DNA of 64,000 nt from Salinispira sp. (lineage in GTDB: Bacteria; Spirochaetota; Spirochaetia; DSM-27196; Salinispiraceae): contig CBDDDG010000010.1 in assembly GCA_965226555.1 (NCBI GenBank), positions 160,001-224,000 of the forward strand. The letters run 5' to 3'. The position numbers and the translations under genes were made by a program. The notes beneath the pieces were generated by a model. It was not told where the DNA came from, searched no databases, and saw only the letters and a list, made by a program, of their open reading frames with translations. Positions 19,255 through 29,356 of this stretch are shown piece by piece (position 1 is the first letter of the stretch; every line of letters begins with the position of its first letter).

Positions 19255-19479
19255 CAAAGTTTTGCTACTGAAAATTGTGCTTGCACAATTTTCCAATGAG
19301 GATTCTCTCATCTATATGTTTGATTCTCTCAAGGTATAGAAAGTTTTGCCACAGGCAAAACTTTATCAATGCAAAACTTTCTATAAAATAGGAGAATGCT
19401 CAGCACATACAAAGCATTTCGAATCTGAAACTTTTGCTACTGGAAATTGTGCTTGCACAATTTCCAATGCAAAAGTTTC
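19255..19479. mobile_element. 225-bp composite MITE containing all modules (A-C-B-b-D-A)
   Basis: Ends CAAAGTTTTGC ... GCAAAAGTTTC; flanking direct repeat ATGTA at 19250-54 and 19480-84. Confidence 0.85.
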
Positions 19480-19579
19480 ATGTAGATAGTTGATATTCCT
19501 GATACTTTGTAGTAGTCTTTAAGAAAGGTTTCAGCGCGTATTCGCACTGAAACATATTTTTAGAAAAAGGAGTATTAAA

Positions 19580-21718
19580 ATGATGTTTAATCTTTTTAAT
19601 CCACTACGAAAGTTATGGGGGGGGACGTCCTCTGTATTGATTATAATGAGCGTGGTTCTCATTGCCGTGCTTGCCGGATGTCCGGGGCCAGATCCTGTTC
19701 CGGGAGGTGATCCTGATCCTGTCACTGTTCCTGCCGCGCCGGCTGCTCCCACCCTCAATGTGGGGAACGCCGCGCTGACTGTTACATGGGCAGCGCCCGA
19801 TAACGGCGGCAGCGCCATTACCGAGTACCATGTGCAGCACAAAGAAAGCACCGCAGACTGGCCAGCGGACGGCACAACCAATACCGCCGCTATCGGCGGT
19901 ACTGTAACAAGCCACACCATTTCCGGGCTGGACAACACAACCAGTTACGATGTGCGGGTGCGCGCGGTCAATGCGCAGGGCGCGGGGAACTGGTCGACAT
20001 CTGCCGCTGCAACACCAAGCGCATCCCATCCTCCAGCGCCGAATACGCCCACCCTTGTTGCGGGGAAAGGGAAGCTAACTGTTACTTGGGAAATGCCGAT
20101 TATTGCCGCCGGTGCCAGCGCCATTACCACGTACCATGTGCAGCACAAACTAAGCACCGCAAGCTGGCCAACGGACGACTCAACGGACACCGCCACTATT
20201 AATGACGGCACTGCTACACGCCACGTCATTTCCGGGCTGATAGGCGGCAGTTCGTACGATGTACGGGTGCGCGCAGAAAATGAGGATACATTGCTTGGCG
20301 CATGGTCGCAGCCTGCCACTGCAACCCCTCTCTCAACTTCCACTGTTCCTGCCGCGCCAACTGCTCCCACTCTCGAAGCGGGGAACGCTTCGCTTAGGGT
20401 TACATGGACAGCGCCCGATGACGGCGGCAGCGCCATTACCGGGTATAACCTTCGCCATAGCGCGGACGGAGGAACCCCATGGACGCCTATTACCTCCGGC
20501 ATCACCGGCACAAGCCACACCATTACTGGGCTGACAAACGGCGCCAGCTACCACGTACAGGTACGCGCCGTTAACGCTGTGGGCGATGGCGGCTGGTCTG
20601 AATCCGCAACGGAAATGCCGGCAATAATAATTTCATCGACCCAGACTCCCGCGGGTACGGCAGCGACGGTAAGCCTTTCGGCTGCCTCTAATGCCATTAT
20701 TACCGCTGAGAGCCCAACCGTTGCTTTGACAGTGGTGGAACCGGGCACTCTCGCGGTTACTGAATCAGCCATTACGGTCACCGCCGCAACTGCGCCCGCA
20801 GGGGTTGCCATTCCGACAGTTGATTCGGGTACCGGCATGGTTACGGTTACCGCGACGACAACGGCAGGAACATATCTGGTATATGGCAGCAAAGCCGGAG
20901 ACATACTCTTTGCCGAATTTTTCTTTGTTACCGTGAGTCCTGCTGATAACGCTGCACTGAAAACAGCGGTAAATAATGGGATAACAACTTGGGGCACAGC
21001 AGTCATTGATCCTGCTGGCGATGGCAACGATACTGGCAAAACCGGTGACGACTACACCTATGCCGATCTCAACTACATTGTTACCACGGCAGTAACGGAT
21101 ATGTCCGAAGTGTTTTTTAGTAGCACATTCAATGGCGATATCTCCGGCTGGGATACTAGCGCGGCAACAACTATGTATAGGATGTTCGCTGGAGCAAGCG
21201 CATTCAATGGCGATATCTCGGGCTGGGATGTCAGCTCGGTAACGAATATGTACCAGATTTTCGCTGTGAGCGCATTCAATGGCGATATCTCGAAATGGGA
21301 TACTACAGCGGTAACAGTTATGTATGGGATGTTCAGTCAAGCAAGCACATTCAATAGCGATATCTCCGCATGGAATGTCAGTGCGGTAACGAATATGTCC
21401 GCTATGTTCAAGGAAGCAAGCGCCTTCAATGGCAATATCTCAAACTGGAAAACTGGTGCGGTAACGACTATGTCCAATATGTTCGATAGAGCAAGCGCAT
21501 TCAATGGCAATATTTCCGGCTGGGATGTCAGTTCGGTAACGAATATGCTCACTATGTTCTATTCTGCAAGCGCATTCAATCAGGATCTTGAAAACTGGGC
21601 GAAGGATGCGAATGGTAACAACTTGACCACTGGCAGCTGGAACGATGGCGCATATACCGGAATCAAAACAAATATGTTTTTGAATTCCGGCGTAACAACG
21701 CCGCCGTCATGGTATTAG
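19580..21718 (+). CDS. Surface lipoprotein with three fibronectin type III domains and BspA/DUF285-type repeats
   Basis: Lipobox LAGC; three VTW..P.DGGSAIT.Y..Y.VRVRA.N units; repeated FNGDISGWDVSSVTNM. Confidence 0.9.
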   Translation: MMFNLFNPLRKLWGGTSSVLIIMSVVLIAVLAGCPGPDPVPGGDPDPVTVPAAPAAPTLNVGNAALTVTWAAPDNGGSAITEYHVQHKESTADWPADGTTNTAAIGGTVTSHTISGLDNTTSYDVRVRAVNAQGAGNWSTSAAATPSASHPPAPNTPTLVAGKGKLTVTWEMPIIAAGASAITTYHVQHKLSTASWPTDDSTDTATINDGTATRHVISGLIGGSSYDVRVRAENEDTLLGAWSQPATATPLSTSTVPAAPTAPTLEAGNASLRVTWTAPDDGGSAITGYNLRHSADGGTPWTPITSGITGTSHTITGLTNGASYHVQVRAVNAVGDGGWSESATEMPAIIISSTQTPAGTAATVSLSAASNAIITAESPTVALTVVEPGTLAVTESAITVTAATAPAGVAIPTVDSGTGMVTVTATTTAGTYLVYGSKAGDILFAEFFFVTVSPADNAALKTAVNNGITTWGTAVIDPAGDGNDTGKTGDDYTYADLNYIVTTAVTDMSEVFFSSTFNGDISGWDTSAATTMYRMFAGASAFNGDISGWDVSSVTNMYQIFAVSAFNGDISKWDTTAVTVMYGMFSQASTFNSDISAWNVSAVTNMSAMFKEASAFNGNISNWKTGAVTTMSNMFDRASAFNGNISGWDVSSVTNMLTMFYSASAFNQDLENWAKDANGNNLTTGSWNDGAYTGIKTNMFLNSGVTTPPSWY

Positions 21719-21774
21719 GAGCAGTTTCATAGCCCGCAGCCCTCAGCGGCTATTGAAACGTTGCAATTCAACTC

Positions 21775-21810
21775 AGGCAGGCGCGGATTGTTCCGTGCCT
21801 GCCTTTTTTT
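21775..21810 (+). terminator. Rho-independent terminator
   Basis: AGGCAGGCGCGGA / TCCGTGCCTGCCT stem followed by a T run. Confidence 0.8.
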
Positions 21811-21897
21811 CGATAAGACGGCTGGTCGCGCTTCCGCGTTGCTCGCCCGGGCCCGGCTCGCCATGCGGCGGGATCAGGTCAATATCTCAAAATAATA

Positions 21898-21952
21898 GAA
21901 ACTTTTGCATTGGAAAATTGTGCAGAGCAAAATTTTCAGTAGCAAAACTCTG
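21898..21952. mobile_element. MITE module A
   Basis: Palindrome flanked by TAATA on both sides (21893-97, 21953-57). Confidence 0.8.
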
Positions 21953-21970
21953 TAATATCTCAAAATAATA

Positions 21971-23310
21971 GAAACCTTTGAATAACTCCATTATATCTGC
22001 CGGTAGTCTTTTTTCCACGCAGAAAAAATTATTCATCGTTTTTCACGTTATTCTCTTCAGCATCCTCCGTCTTTTTTCGGCGCGATACGCGCTATATTCG
22101 TTCTTTTTTTCATCTTTTTTCAGTATTTCCCTCATTTCCGGCAGCAGTACCGCCATAAGGGCACAGCTATCCTGTTGTTATGCCGCAACCGCAGAGTTTT
22201 CCAGCGCCATGTTCCCCATTCGCCGTTTCATGCCGATCATCTGTTTCAGATTATACATAATCGCCATACACATAAACCGACTCTGATTCCTCTGAACTCC
22301 CATATACCGCGCCTTTCTTGCGCCGCAATGGAGTTTGCTCAGACCAAAAAACCGCTCCACCGTATTCCTTACGCGCGACCGCCCGTAATTCGCCTGCTTC
22401 TGTTCATCGGTTAACGGTGTGTTCCGATACGCCCGCTCATGTATCTGATTCTCTATGCCCATCTCCTCAAGCATCGCAGCAATCGCTTTACTCCGGTACG
22501 CGGCATCCGCGTACACCACCGTCTCATTTCCCATAATCAATTCGCCAAATAGTTTGCTGTCATGAATATTGGCCGCAGTCACCAGCAGTTTCTTCGCCCG
22601 TCCCTTCTCATTTACCGTCACGTGTATCTTGAAACCGTAGGTTGTTCGTACCGTTCCATCGCCTCCCCTCTTACTCGCGTAGGCCGCTTCAGGATCCTGT
22701 GTCGATTCTCCTGCGTCATTTTTTTTCTTCCGATGCCGCGAAGCCTGTATGACACTCGCATCAATTATGCTGACTGTGCCCCGGTGCACTTCACAATCCT
22801 GCGTGTCCAACTGCGCATTCACCGTGTCCAAGAGCGCGCTGAGAATATTCTTACGGGTCAGTTGTTCCCGAAACCGCCATATCGTGGAATGATCGGGAGT
22901 ATCATCGAGAACATTGAGCCCCACAAAACGCTTGTATGCCAAGTCGCAGGCAAGCGCATTTTCCATGCCTTCATCGCTGAGATTCTGCCACGATTGCAGC
23001 AACAGCACTTTGAACATCATAACCGGATGATATCCTTTCGCGCCCATCGATTTGTTGTTGATAGCACAGAGCATCTCCCCAATTTCCTTCCAATTGATCA
23101 GTTCATACAGACTATCGAAGCGTTTCAGCGCTTTACTTTCCTGAATACCCTGATTGATCAGCGATCCATGATGTTCTTTCCAATTATTTCCCATTGCGTT
23201 CTCCTGTTTCAGCGCCGGACAGCGCACAATACAACCCGATTGCTCATTCCCAGCTCTCTGTGTGAATTTTCTTCAAAATACCATTATTCCCGATGATGTG
23301 CAAAGGTTTC
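21971..23310 (-). mobile_element. IS5-family insertion sequence (1340 bp)
   Basis: TIRs GAAACCTTTG / CAAAGGTTTC; TAATA duplication, confirmed against the empty site in sister repeat units. Confidence 0.9.
22178..23194 (-). CDS. IS5-family DDE transposase
   Basis: LSDEGME, PDHSTIWRFRE, IIDASVI, YGFKIH, VYADAAY, RNTVERFFG; AGGAG RBS. Confidence 0.93.
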   Translation of the reverse strand: MGNNWKEHHGSLINQGIQESKALKRFDSLYELINWKEIGEMLCAINNKSMGAKGYHPVMMFKVLLLQSWQNLSDEGMENALACDLAYKRFVGLNVLDDTPDHSTIWRFREQLTRKNILSALLDTVNAQLDTQDCEVHRGTVSIIDASVIQASRHRKKKNDAGESTQDPEAAYASKRGGDGTVRTTYGFKIHVTVNEKGRAKKLLVTAANIHDSKLFGELIMGNETVVYADAAYRSKAIAAMLEEMGIENQIHERAYRNTPLTDEQKQANYGRSRVRNTVERFFGLSKLHCGARKARYMGVQRNQSRFMCMAIMYNLKQMIGMKRRMGNMALENSAVAA

Positions 23311-23663
23311 TAATAGAAACTTTTTACAAAAATTTCTCATATTCACCATTCATATTTACCCCGTCTATATAGTATGAGCGGAAAATATATCGGTATGGCG
23401 CCACTCTGACCCACGCAGGATCAATTTTCGGGCTATCTTACGCAGTCAGTCGGATATCGCCATAGACGCGCTATCCCGAGCTCCCTGAGCGCGCCCGCCG
23501 CCGGAAACTGCTGGCTCCGCCTTAATGCCCAAAACACCGAATACTCTCTTACCGGGCAATTCATATCAATTCACCTTTGCAAAACACAACATTCTTTCAA
23601 ATTCTTTCCCAAAACATAGTTAAAAATGACTTTTCTCCCGTTATAGATGTAAGAGGAATATTT

Positions 23664-24701
23664 ATGAAAAAATCATCCCACAGCACAGGCCATATCCACG
23701 ACATAGCCTTCAAGATCGCCTACTACAGAACCCCCCGTATGATTCTCGACCTGCTGCGGCTGTTCTGTGAAGATACAACGCTTACCAAGCTGGATCTGGA
23801 CAAAATCCGCATTGAAACCCCCAGCTACATTGCAGGAAAAAAGAACCTTCACTGCGATCTCGTTGTCAGTGCCCCCTTCCTGTCAGACCCCGACCGGAAA
23901 TCTATTTTTATTATTGAGCATAAAAGCTACCTGAATAAACATGCTCTCACTCAAATCGATAACTATCAGTATGTCATCAGAAACAGCAATGTGTACAATG
24001 AAAATGATGCTATCTATATACTGCTGCTCTACCATGGAAAAAAGGAATGGAACCTCCCACTCACATTTTACAGTTCTCATGGAAATGCTGCTTCCGAATC
24101 CATGACTGAAGGCACGGTAGATGTCAGGGTAAAAGTGTCGTACATTGTGCGCGATCTGAGGCGAATGGACAAAAAGCAGTTGGCATGGCGCTTCAATGGA
24201 AAACGATATACATCGACTGCGTTGTGGTATATAATGCGAGACAATGAAATGAACGATGAGGGGCTGAAAGAAATTGCGCAGCTCCTGAACGATCTGTCTT
24301 CACAAGACTTTACTGATCTGGCAGAGAGTGTGCTAGGCTATCTAAAAGATTTGGGACTGTATGAACAGTTTGAGAAAATTGACAGGAAACTATATCCTGA
24401 AGGAGAAAACAGTATGCGGACATATAATATAACCAACGCCTTCGTCAGGGAAGGCATTGCGAAGGGCCGGATTGAGGGAATGGAGAAGGGCATTCTGAAA
24501 GGCCGGATTGAGGGACTTGAGCAGGGACTTGAGCAGGGTCTTGAGCAGGGTCGTGCTGAGCTCCAGCGTGAACATGATCGAACCCAACGTGAGCAGGTAC
24601 TCAAAATGCTCAGGAAGGGCATATCGATGGACATTATTCATGATATCACCAATCTCAGCGGGGATGAAATTCGAACATTTCAGAAAAACGGTGAAGCGTA
24701 G
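23664..24701 (+). CDS. Rpn family nuclease (subfamily A, unit 1, intact); nested RpnS-like ORF from 24414
   Basis: HDIAFK, LHCDLV, FIIEHKSY, LLLYHG, EGLEQG repeats; internal AAGGAG-ATG. Confidence 0.9.
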   Translation: MKKSSHSTGHIHDIAFKIAYYRTPRMILDLLRLFCEDTTLTKLDLDKIRIETPSYIAGKKNLHCDLVVSAPFLSDPDRKSIFIIEHKSYLNKHALTQIDNYQYVIRNSNVYNENDAIYILLLYHGKKEWNLPLTFYSSHGNAASESMTEGTVDVRVKVSYIVRDLRRMDKKQLAWRFNGKRYTSTALWYIMRDNEMNDEGLKEIAQLLNDLSSQDFTDLAESVLGYLKDLGLYEQFEKIDRKLYPEGENSMRTYNITNAFVREGIAKGRIEGMEKGILKGRIEGLEQGLEQGLEQGRAELQREHDRTQREQVLKMLRKGISMDIIHDITNLSGDEIRTFQKNGEA

Positions 24702-25048
24702 CAGCGCTACTTCAGCGCGCCCCGCGCCGGGGTCAGGTCCAACAGTAATATCTCAAAATAATAAAAACTTTTTGAAAAAATTTCTTATATTCACCATTCA
24801 TATTTACCCCGTCTATATAGTATGAGCGGAAAATATATCGGTATGGCGCCACTCTGACCCACGCAGGATCAATTTTCGGGCTATCTTACGCAGTCAGTCG
24901 GATATCGCCATAGACGCGCTATCCCGAGCTCCCTGAGCGCGCCCGCCGCCGGAAACTGCTGGCTCTGCCTTAATGCCCAAAACACCGAATACTCTCTTAC
25001 CGGGCAATTCATATCAATTCACCTTTGAAAAACACAACATTCTTTTAA

Positions 25049-26760
25049 GAGCCTGTCGGACTTTACCCGGGTTGATAGTGGTATTGCGTTTGATTGGAGA
25101 ATCTGATATAGTTTTTTCATGCAACGATTTAAGTCATGTAGTCAAGATCAACAATTCCTGATGCCTCTTGATATGAGAGATTGGGTTCCCGAAGATCATC
25201 TGGTCAATTTTATTAACGAAGCGGTAAGCACCATAGACAGTACCGTTTTTCATATCAATAGGCGGGGAAGCGGGAGCGAGCAATATCATCCGAAAATGAT
25301 GCTTGCCTTGCTGATATATAGCTACACGGAAGGACGATTTAGCAGTCGCCGGATAGAACGGTCAACGTACGAGAATATCTGTGCGCTCTATCTGACCGGC
25401 AACACGCATCCCGATCACGATACTATTTGTCGCTTTCGCCGAAAAAATACAGAAGCGATACACAAAGCGTTTATCCGTATTCTGCTGCTTGCCAAAGAGA
25501 TAGGCATTCTGAAGGTCGGGACGGTCAGTATAGATGGGACACACATTAAAGCCAATGCGAGTAAATTCGAAAATGTGAGCTATGATCGGGCTGAGGAGCT
25601 GGAGAAACGGCTTGATGAGGACATTCAGAAATTGTTAGTGGAGGCAGAAGCGGCCGATACCGCAGACGATGAGGATGCGAACAGATTACCACAGGAGATT
25701 GCCCGAAGGCAGAAACTCCGCGAAAAGATGATCCATGCGCGAGCTGAAGTGGAAAGACGCGCGCGTGTCCGCGAGGAAAGAGAACAGGAGAAAGCGGAGA
25801 AAAAAGATGGAGCAAATGATACGGAAGATGTTTCCCCCGGCGGGGGAGCGAAGACAGACGCTCAGAGCGAAGGGCCTCCTGATCGGGCGATCCCGCCTGC
25901 GGACGGACAGAAAACACTTTTTGCCGATGATGATCCTGAAGACATTTCAGCGAAGGCGCAGGAGATTCTGCCGAAGGGCGAGCAGGCATGCAACAACACT
26001 GATCCTGACAGCCGTATTATGACAAAGGGATCGGGAACACAGCAGGCCTATAATGCTCAGGCGGTAGTCGATGCCGATGGCACGCAATTAATTGTCGGGA
26101 CGCGTGTTTCCCAGTGTTCATCTGACCGGAATGAACTGGTAAACGATTGTCTCTCTGTTCCCCCAGATGTCGGGAAGCCCGAGCGAGCGCTTGCTGACGC
26201 GGGCTTTGTCAATGGCGATGAAGTGAAAACAGTAGAGGAAGAAATGGGGATAGATGTTCTGGTGTCTGTTCGGGCTGAAGAGACACATAATCCGCGAGAA
26301 TACGACTATCGACCGGAAGAGAAGAAGGCCAACACCACGCCTCCAAAAGAATCCAAGCCATGGATAAAAGATATGAACGCCAAATTTCAGAAGTCCGAGA
26401 ACCGAAAACTCTATGCCCGCAGGAAGCAGACGGTGGAACCGGTATTCGGGATTATTAAGCAGTGCATGGGATTTCGACAATTTCTCCACAGAGGCCTTGC
26501 ACATGTTACGAGTGAATGGGAACTTGTCGCGTTGGCTTATAATTGCAAGAGACTTCATCGACTGAAAATGACCTATGGATAATAGAAAAACTCCCCCCGT
26601 TGCGCCCGCGCATAGTTCCAACTGGCATCATCGAAGCGCGAATGGGTTCACGATGCCACCCCGCGCCTGAAGAAAACAACGCGATAACTGACGGCAATAC
26701 TCATTCCCACATCCATCGACTCACATCAAACAACATGAGGTATTTATGTACGACAGGCTC
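25049..26760 (+). mobile_element. IS1182-family insertion sequence (1712 bp) in the unit 2 leader
   Basis: TIRs GAGCCTGTCG / CGACAGGCTC; TTAA duplication; empty site visible near 29700. Confidence 0.92.
25119..26582 (+). CDS. IS1182-family transposase
   Basis: YHPKMMLALLIYSY, SSRRIE, PDHDTICRFR, IDGTHIKANAS, TDPDSR, RKQTVEPVFG. Confidence 0.93.
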   Translation: MQRFKSCSQDQQFLMPLDMRDWVPEDHLVNFINEAVSTIDSTVFHINRRGSGSEQYHPKMMLALLIYSYTEGRFSSRRIERSTYENICALYLTGNTHPDHDTICRFRRKNTEAIHKAFIRILLLAKEIGILKVGTVSIDGTHIKANASKFENVSYDRAEELEKRLDEDIQKLLVEAEAADTADDEDANRLPQEIARRQKLREKMIHARAEVERRARVREEREQEKAEKKDGANDTEDVSPGGGAKTDAQSEGPPDRAIPPADGQKTLFADDDPEDISAKAQEILPKGEQACNNTDPDSRIMTKGSGTQQAYNAQAVVDADGTQLIVGTRVSQCSSDRNELVNDCLSVPPDVGKPERALADAGFVNGDEVKTVEEEMGIDVLVSVRAEETHNPREYDYRPEEKKANTTPPKESKPWIKDMNAKFQKSENRKLYARRKQTVEPVFGIIKQCMGFRQFLHRGLAHVTSEWELVALAYNCKRLHRLKMTYG

Positions 26761-26827
26761 TTAAATCCCTTCCAAAAACATAGTCAAAAATGACTTTTTA
26801 CCCGTTATAGATGTAGGAGGAATGTTT

Positions 26828-27908
26828 ATGAAAAAATCATCCCAGAGCAAATGCCATATCCACGACATAGCCTTCAAGATCGCCTACTACAGAACCCCCC
26901 GGCTGATTCCCGACCTGCTGCGGCTGTTCTGTGAGGATACAACGCTTGCCAAGCTGGATCTGGACAAAATCCGCATTGAAACCCCCAGCTACATTGCAGG
27001 AAAAAAGAACCTTCACTGCGATCTCGTTGTCAGTGCCCCCTTCCTGTCAGACCCCGATCGGAAAGCTCTTTTTATTATTGAACACAAAAGCTACCTGAAT
27101 AAACATGCTCTCACTCAAATCGATAACTATCAGTATGTCATCAGAAACAGCAATGTGTACAATGAAAGGGATGCTATCTATATACTGCTGCTCTACCACG
27201 GAAAAAATGAATGGAACCTCCAGCGCGAATTTTACAGTTCGCATGGAAATCCAGCTTCCGAATCCCTTACCGAAGGCACGGTAGATGTCAGGGTGAAAGT
27301 GTCGTACATTGTGCGCGATCTTTGTAGAATGACAAAGAAACAGTTGGCATGGCGTTTCGATGGAAAACGATATACATCGACTGCGTTGTGGTATATAATG
27401 CGAGATAATAACAAAGTTTTTCCTAAAGGAAAAACTTTCTATACCTTGAGAGAATCAAGAGTATAGATGAGAGAATCCTCATTTGAAAATTGTGCAGAGC
27501 ACAATTTTCAGTGAGATGGATGCTGAGGGGCTGAAAGAGATTGCGCAGCTCCTGAACGGTCTGTCATCACAAGACTTTACTGATCTGGCAGAGAGTGTGT
27601 TAGGCTATCTAAAAGATTTGGGACTGTATGAGCAGTTTGAGAAAATTGACAGGGAACTGTTCCCTGGAGGAGAAAACAGTATGCGGACATATAACATAAC
27701 CAACGCCTTCGTCAGAGAAGGTATTGCGAAGGGCCGGGTTGAGGGTCTTGAGCAGGGGCGTGCTGAGCTCCAGCGTGAACATGATCGAACCCAACGTGAG
27801 CAGGTACTCAAAATGCTCAGGAAGGGCATATCGATGGACATTATTCATGATATCACCAATCTCAGCGGGGATGAAATTCGAACATTTCAGAAAAACGGTG
27901 AAGCGTAG
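26828..27908 (+). pseudogene. Rpn unit 2, long form disrupted by a 103-bp MITE; RpnS-like ORF 27681-27908 intact
   Basis: Comparison with units 1 and 3. Confidence 0.88.
27410..27512. mobile_element. 103-bp MITE (modules B-C-partial A)
   Basis: Absent from units 1 and 3; adds a stop codon and a frameshift. Confidence 0.85.
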
Positions 27909-28318
27909 CAGCGCTACTTCAGCGCGCCCCGCGCCGGGGTCAGGTCCAACAGTAATATCTCAAAATAATAAAAACTTTTTGAAAAAATTTCTCATATTCA
28001 CCATTCATATTTACCCCGTCTATATGGTATGAGCGGAAAATATATCGGTATGGCGCCACTCTGACCCACGCAGGATCAATTTTCGGGCTATCTTACGCAG
28101 TCAGTCGGATATCGCCATAGACGCGCTATCCCGAGCTCCCTGAGCGCGCCCGCCGCCGGAAACTGCTGGCTCCGCCTTAATGCCCAAAACACCGAATACT
28201 CTCTTACCGGGCAATTCATATCAATTCACCTTTGCAAAACACAACATTCTTTCAAATTATTTCAAAAAACATAGTTAAAAATGACTTTTCTCCCGTTATA
28301 GATGTAAGAGGAATGTTT

Positions 28319-29356
28319 ATGAAAAAATCATCCCAGAGCACAGGCCACATCCACGACATAGCCTTCAAGATCGCCTACTACAGAACCCCCCGGCTGATTC
28401 CCGACCTGCTGCGGCTGTTCTGTGAAGATACAACGCTTACCAAGCTGGATCTGGACAAAATCCGCATTGAAACCCCCAGCTACATTGCAGGAAAAAAGAA
28501 CCTTCACTGCGATCTCGTTGTCAGTGCCCCCTTCCTGTCAGACCCCGACCGGAAATCTATTTTTATTATTGAGCATAAAAGCTACCTGAATAAACATGCT
28601 CTCACTCAAATCGATAACTATCAGTATGTCATCAGAAACAGCAATGTGTACAATGAAAATGATGCTATCTATATACTGCTGCTCTACCATGGAAAAAAGG
28701 AATGGAACCTCCCACTCACATTTTACAGTTCTCATGGAAATGCTGCTTCCGAATCCATGACTGAAGGCACGGTAGATGTCAGGGTAAAAGTGTCGTACAT
28801 TGTGCGCGATCTGAGGCGAATGGACAAAAAGCAGTTGGCATGGCGCTTCAATGGAAAACGATATACATCGACTGCGTTGTGGTATATAATGCGAGACAAT
28901 GAAATGAACGATGAGGGGCTGAAAGAAATTGCGCAGCTCCTGAACGATCTGTCTTCACAAGACTTTACTGATCTGGCAGAGAGTGTGCTAGGCTATCTAA
29001 AAGATTTGGGACTGTATGAACAGTTTGAGAAAATTGACAGGAAACTATATCCTGAAGGAGAAAACAGTATGCGGACATATAATATAACCAACGCCTTCGT
29101 CAGGGAAGGCATTGCGAAGGGCCGGATTGAGGGAATGGAGAAGGGCATTCTGAAAGGCCGGATTGAGGGACTTGAGCAGGGACTTGAGCAGGGTCTTGAG
29201 CAGGGTCGTGCTGAGCTCCAGCGTGAACATGATCGAACCCAACGTGAGCAGGTACTCAAAATGCTCAGGAAGGGCATATCGATGGACATTATTCATGATA
29301 TCACCAATCTCAGCGGGGATGAAATTCGAACATTTCAGAAAAACGGTGAAGCGTAG
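28319..29356 (+). CDS. Rpn unit 3 (intact); nested RpnS-like ORF from 29069
   Basis: Nearly identical to unit 1. Confidence 0.9.
   Translation: MKKSSQSTGHIHDIAFKIAYYRTPRLIPDLLRLFCEDTTLTKLDLDKIRIETPSYIAGKKNLHCDLVVSAPFLSDPDRKSIFIIEHKSYLNKHALTQIDNYQYVIRNSNVYNENDAIYILLLYHGKKEWNLPLTFYSSHGNAASESMTEGTVDVRVKVSYIVRDLRRMDKKQLAWRFNGKRYTSTALWYIMRDNEMNDEGLKEIAQLLNDLSSQDFTDLAESVLGYLKDLGLYEQFEKIDRKLYPEGENSMRTYNITNAFVREGIAKGRIEGMEKGILKGRIEGLEQGLEQGLEQGRAELQREHDRTQREQVLKMLRKGISMDIIHDITNLSGDEIRTFQKNGEA

Noticed and set aside
19255..19479. Palindromic repeats as a CRISPR array
   Set aside because: No regular repeat-spacer period, the linkers recur elsewhere rather than being unique, and there are no cas genes
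27410..27512. Intragenic insertions as self-splicing introns
   Set aside because: Too short, no group I/II features, the same modules occur intergenically, and several copies have DNA target duplications
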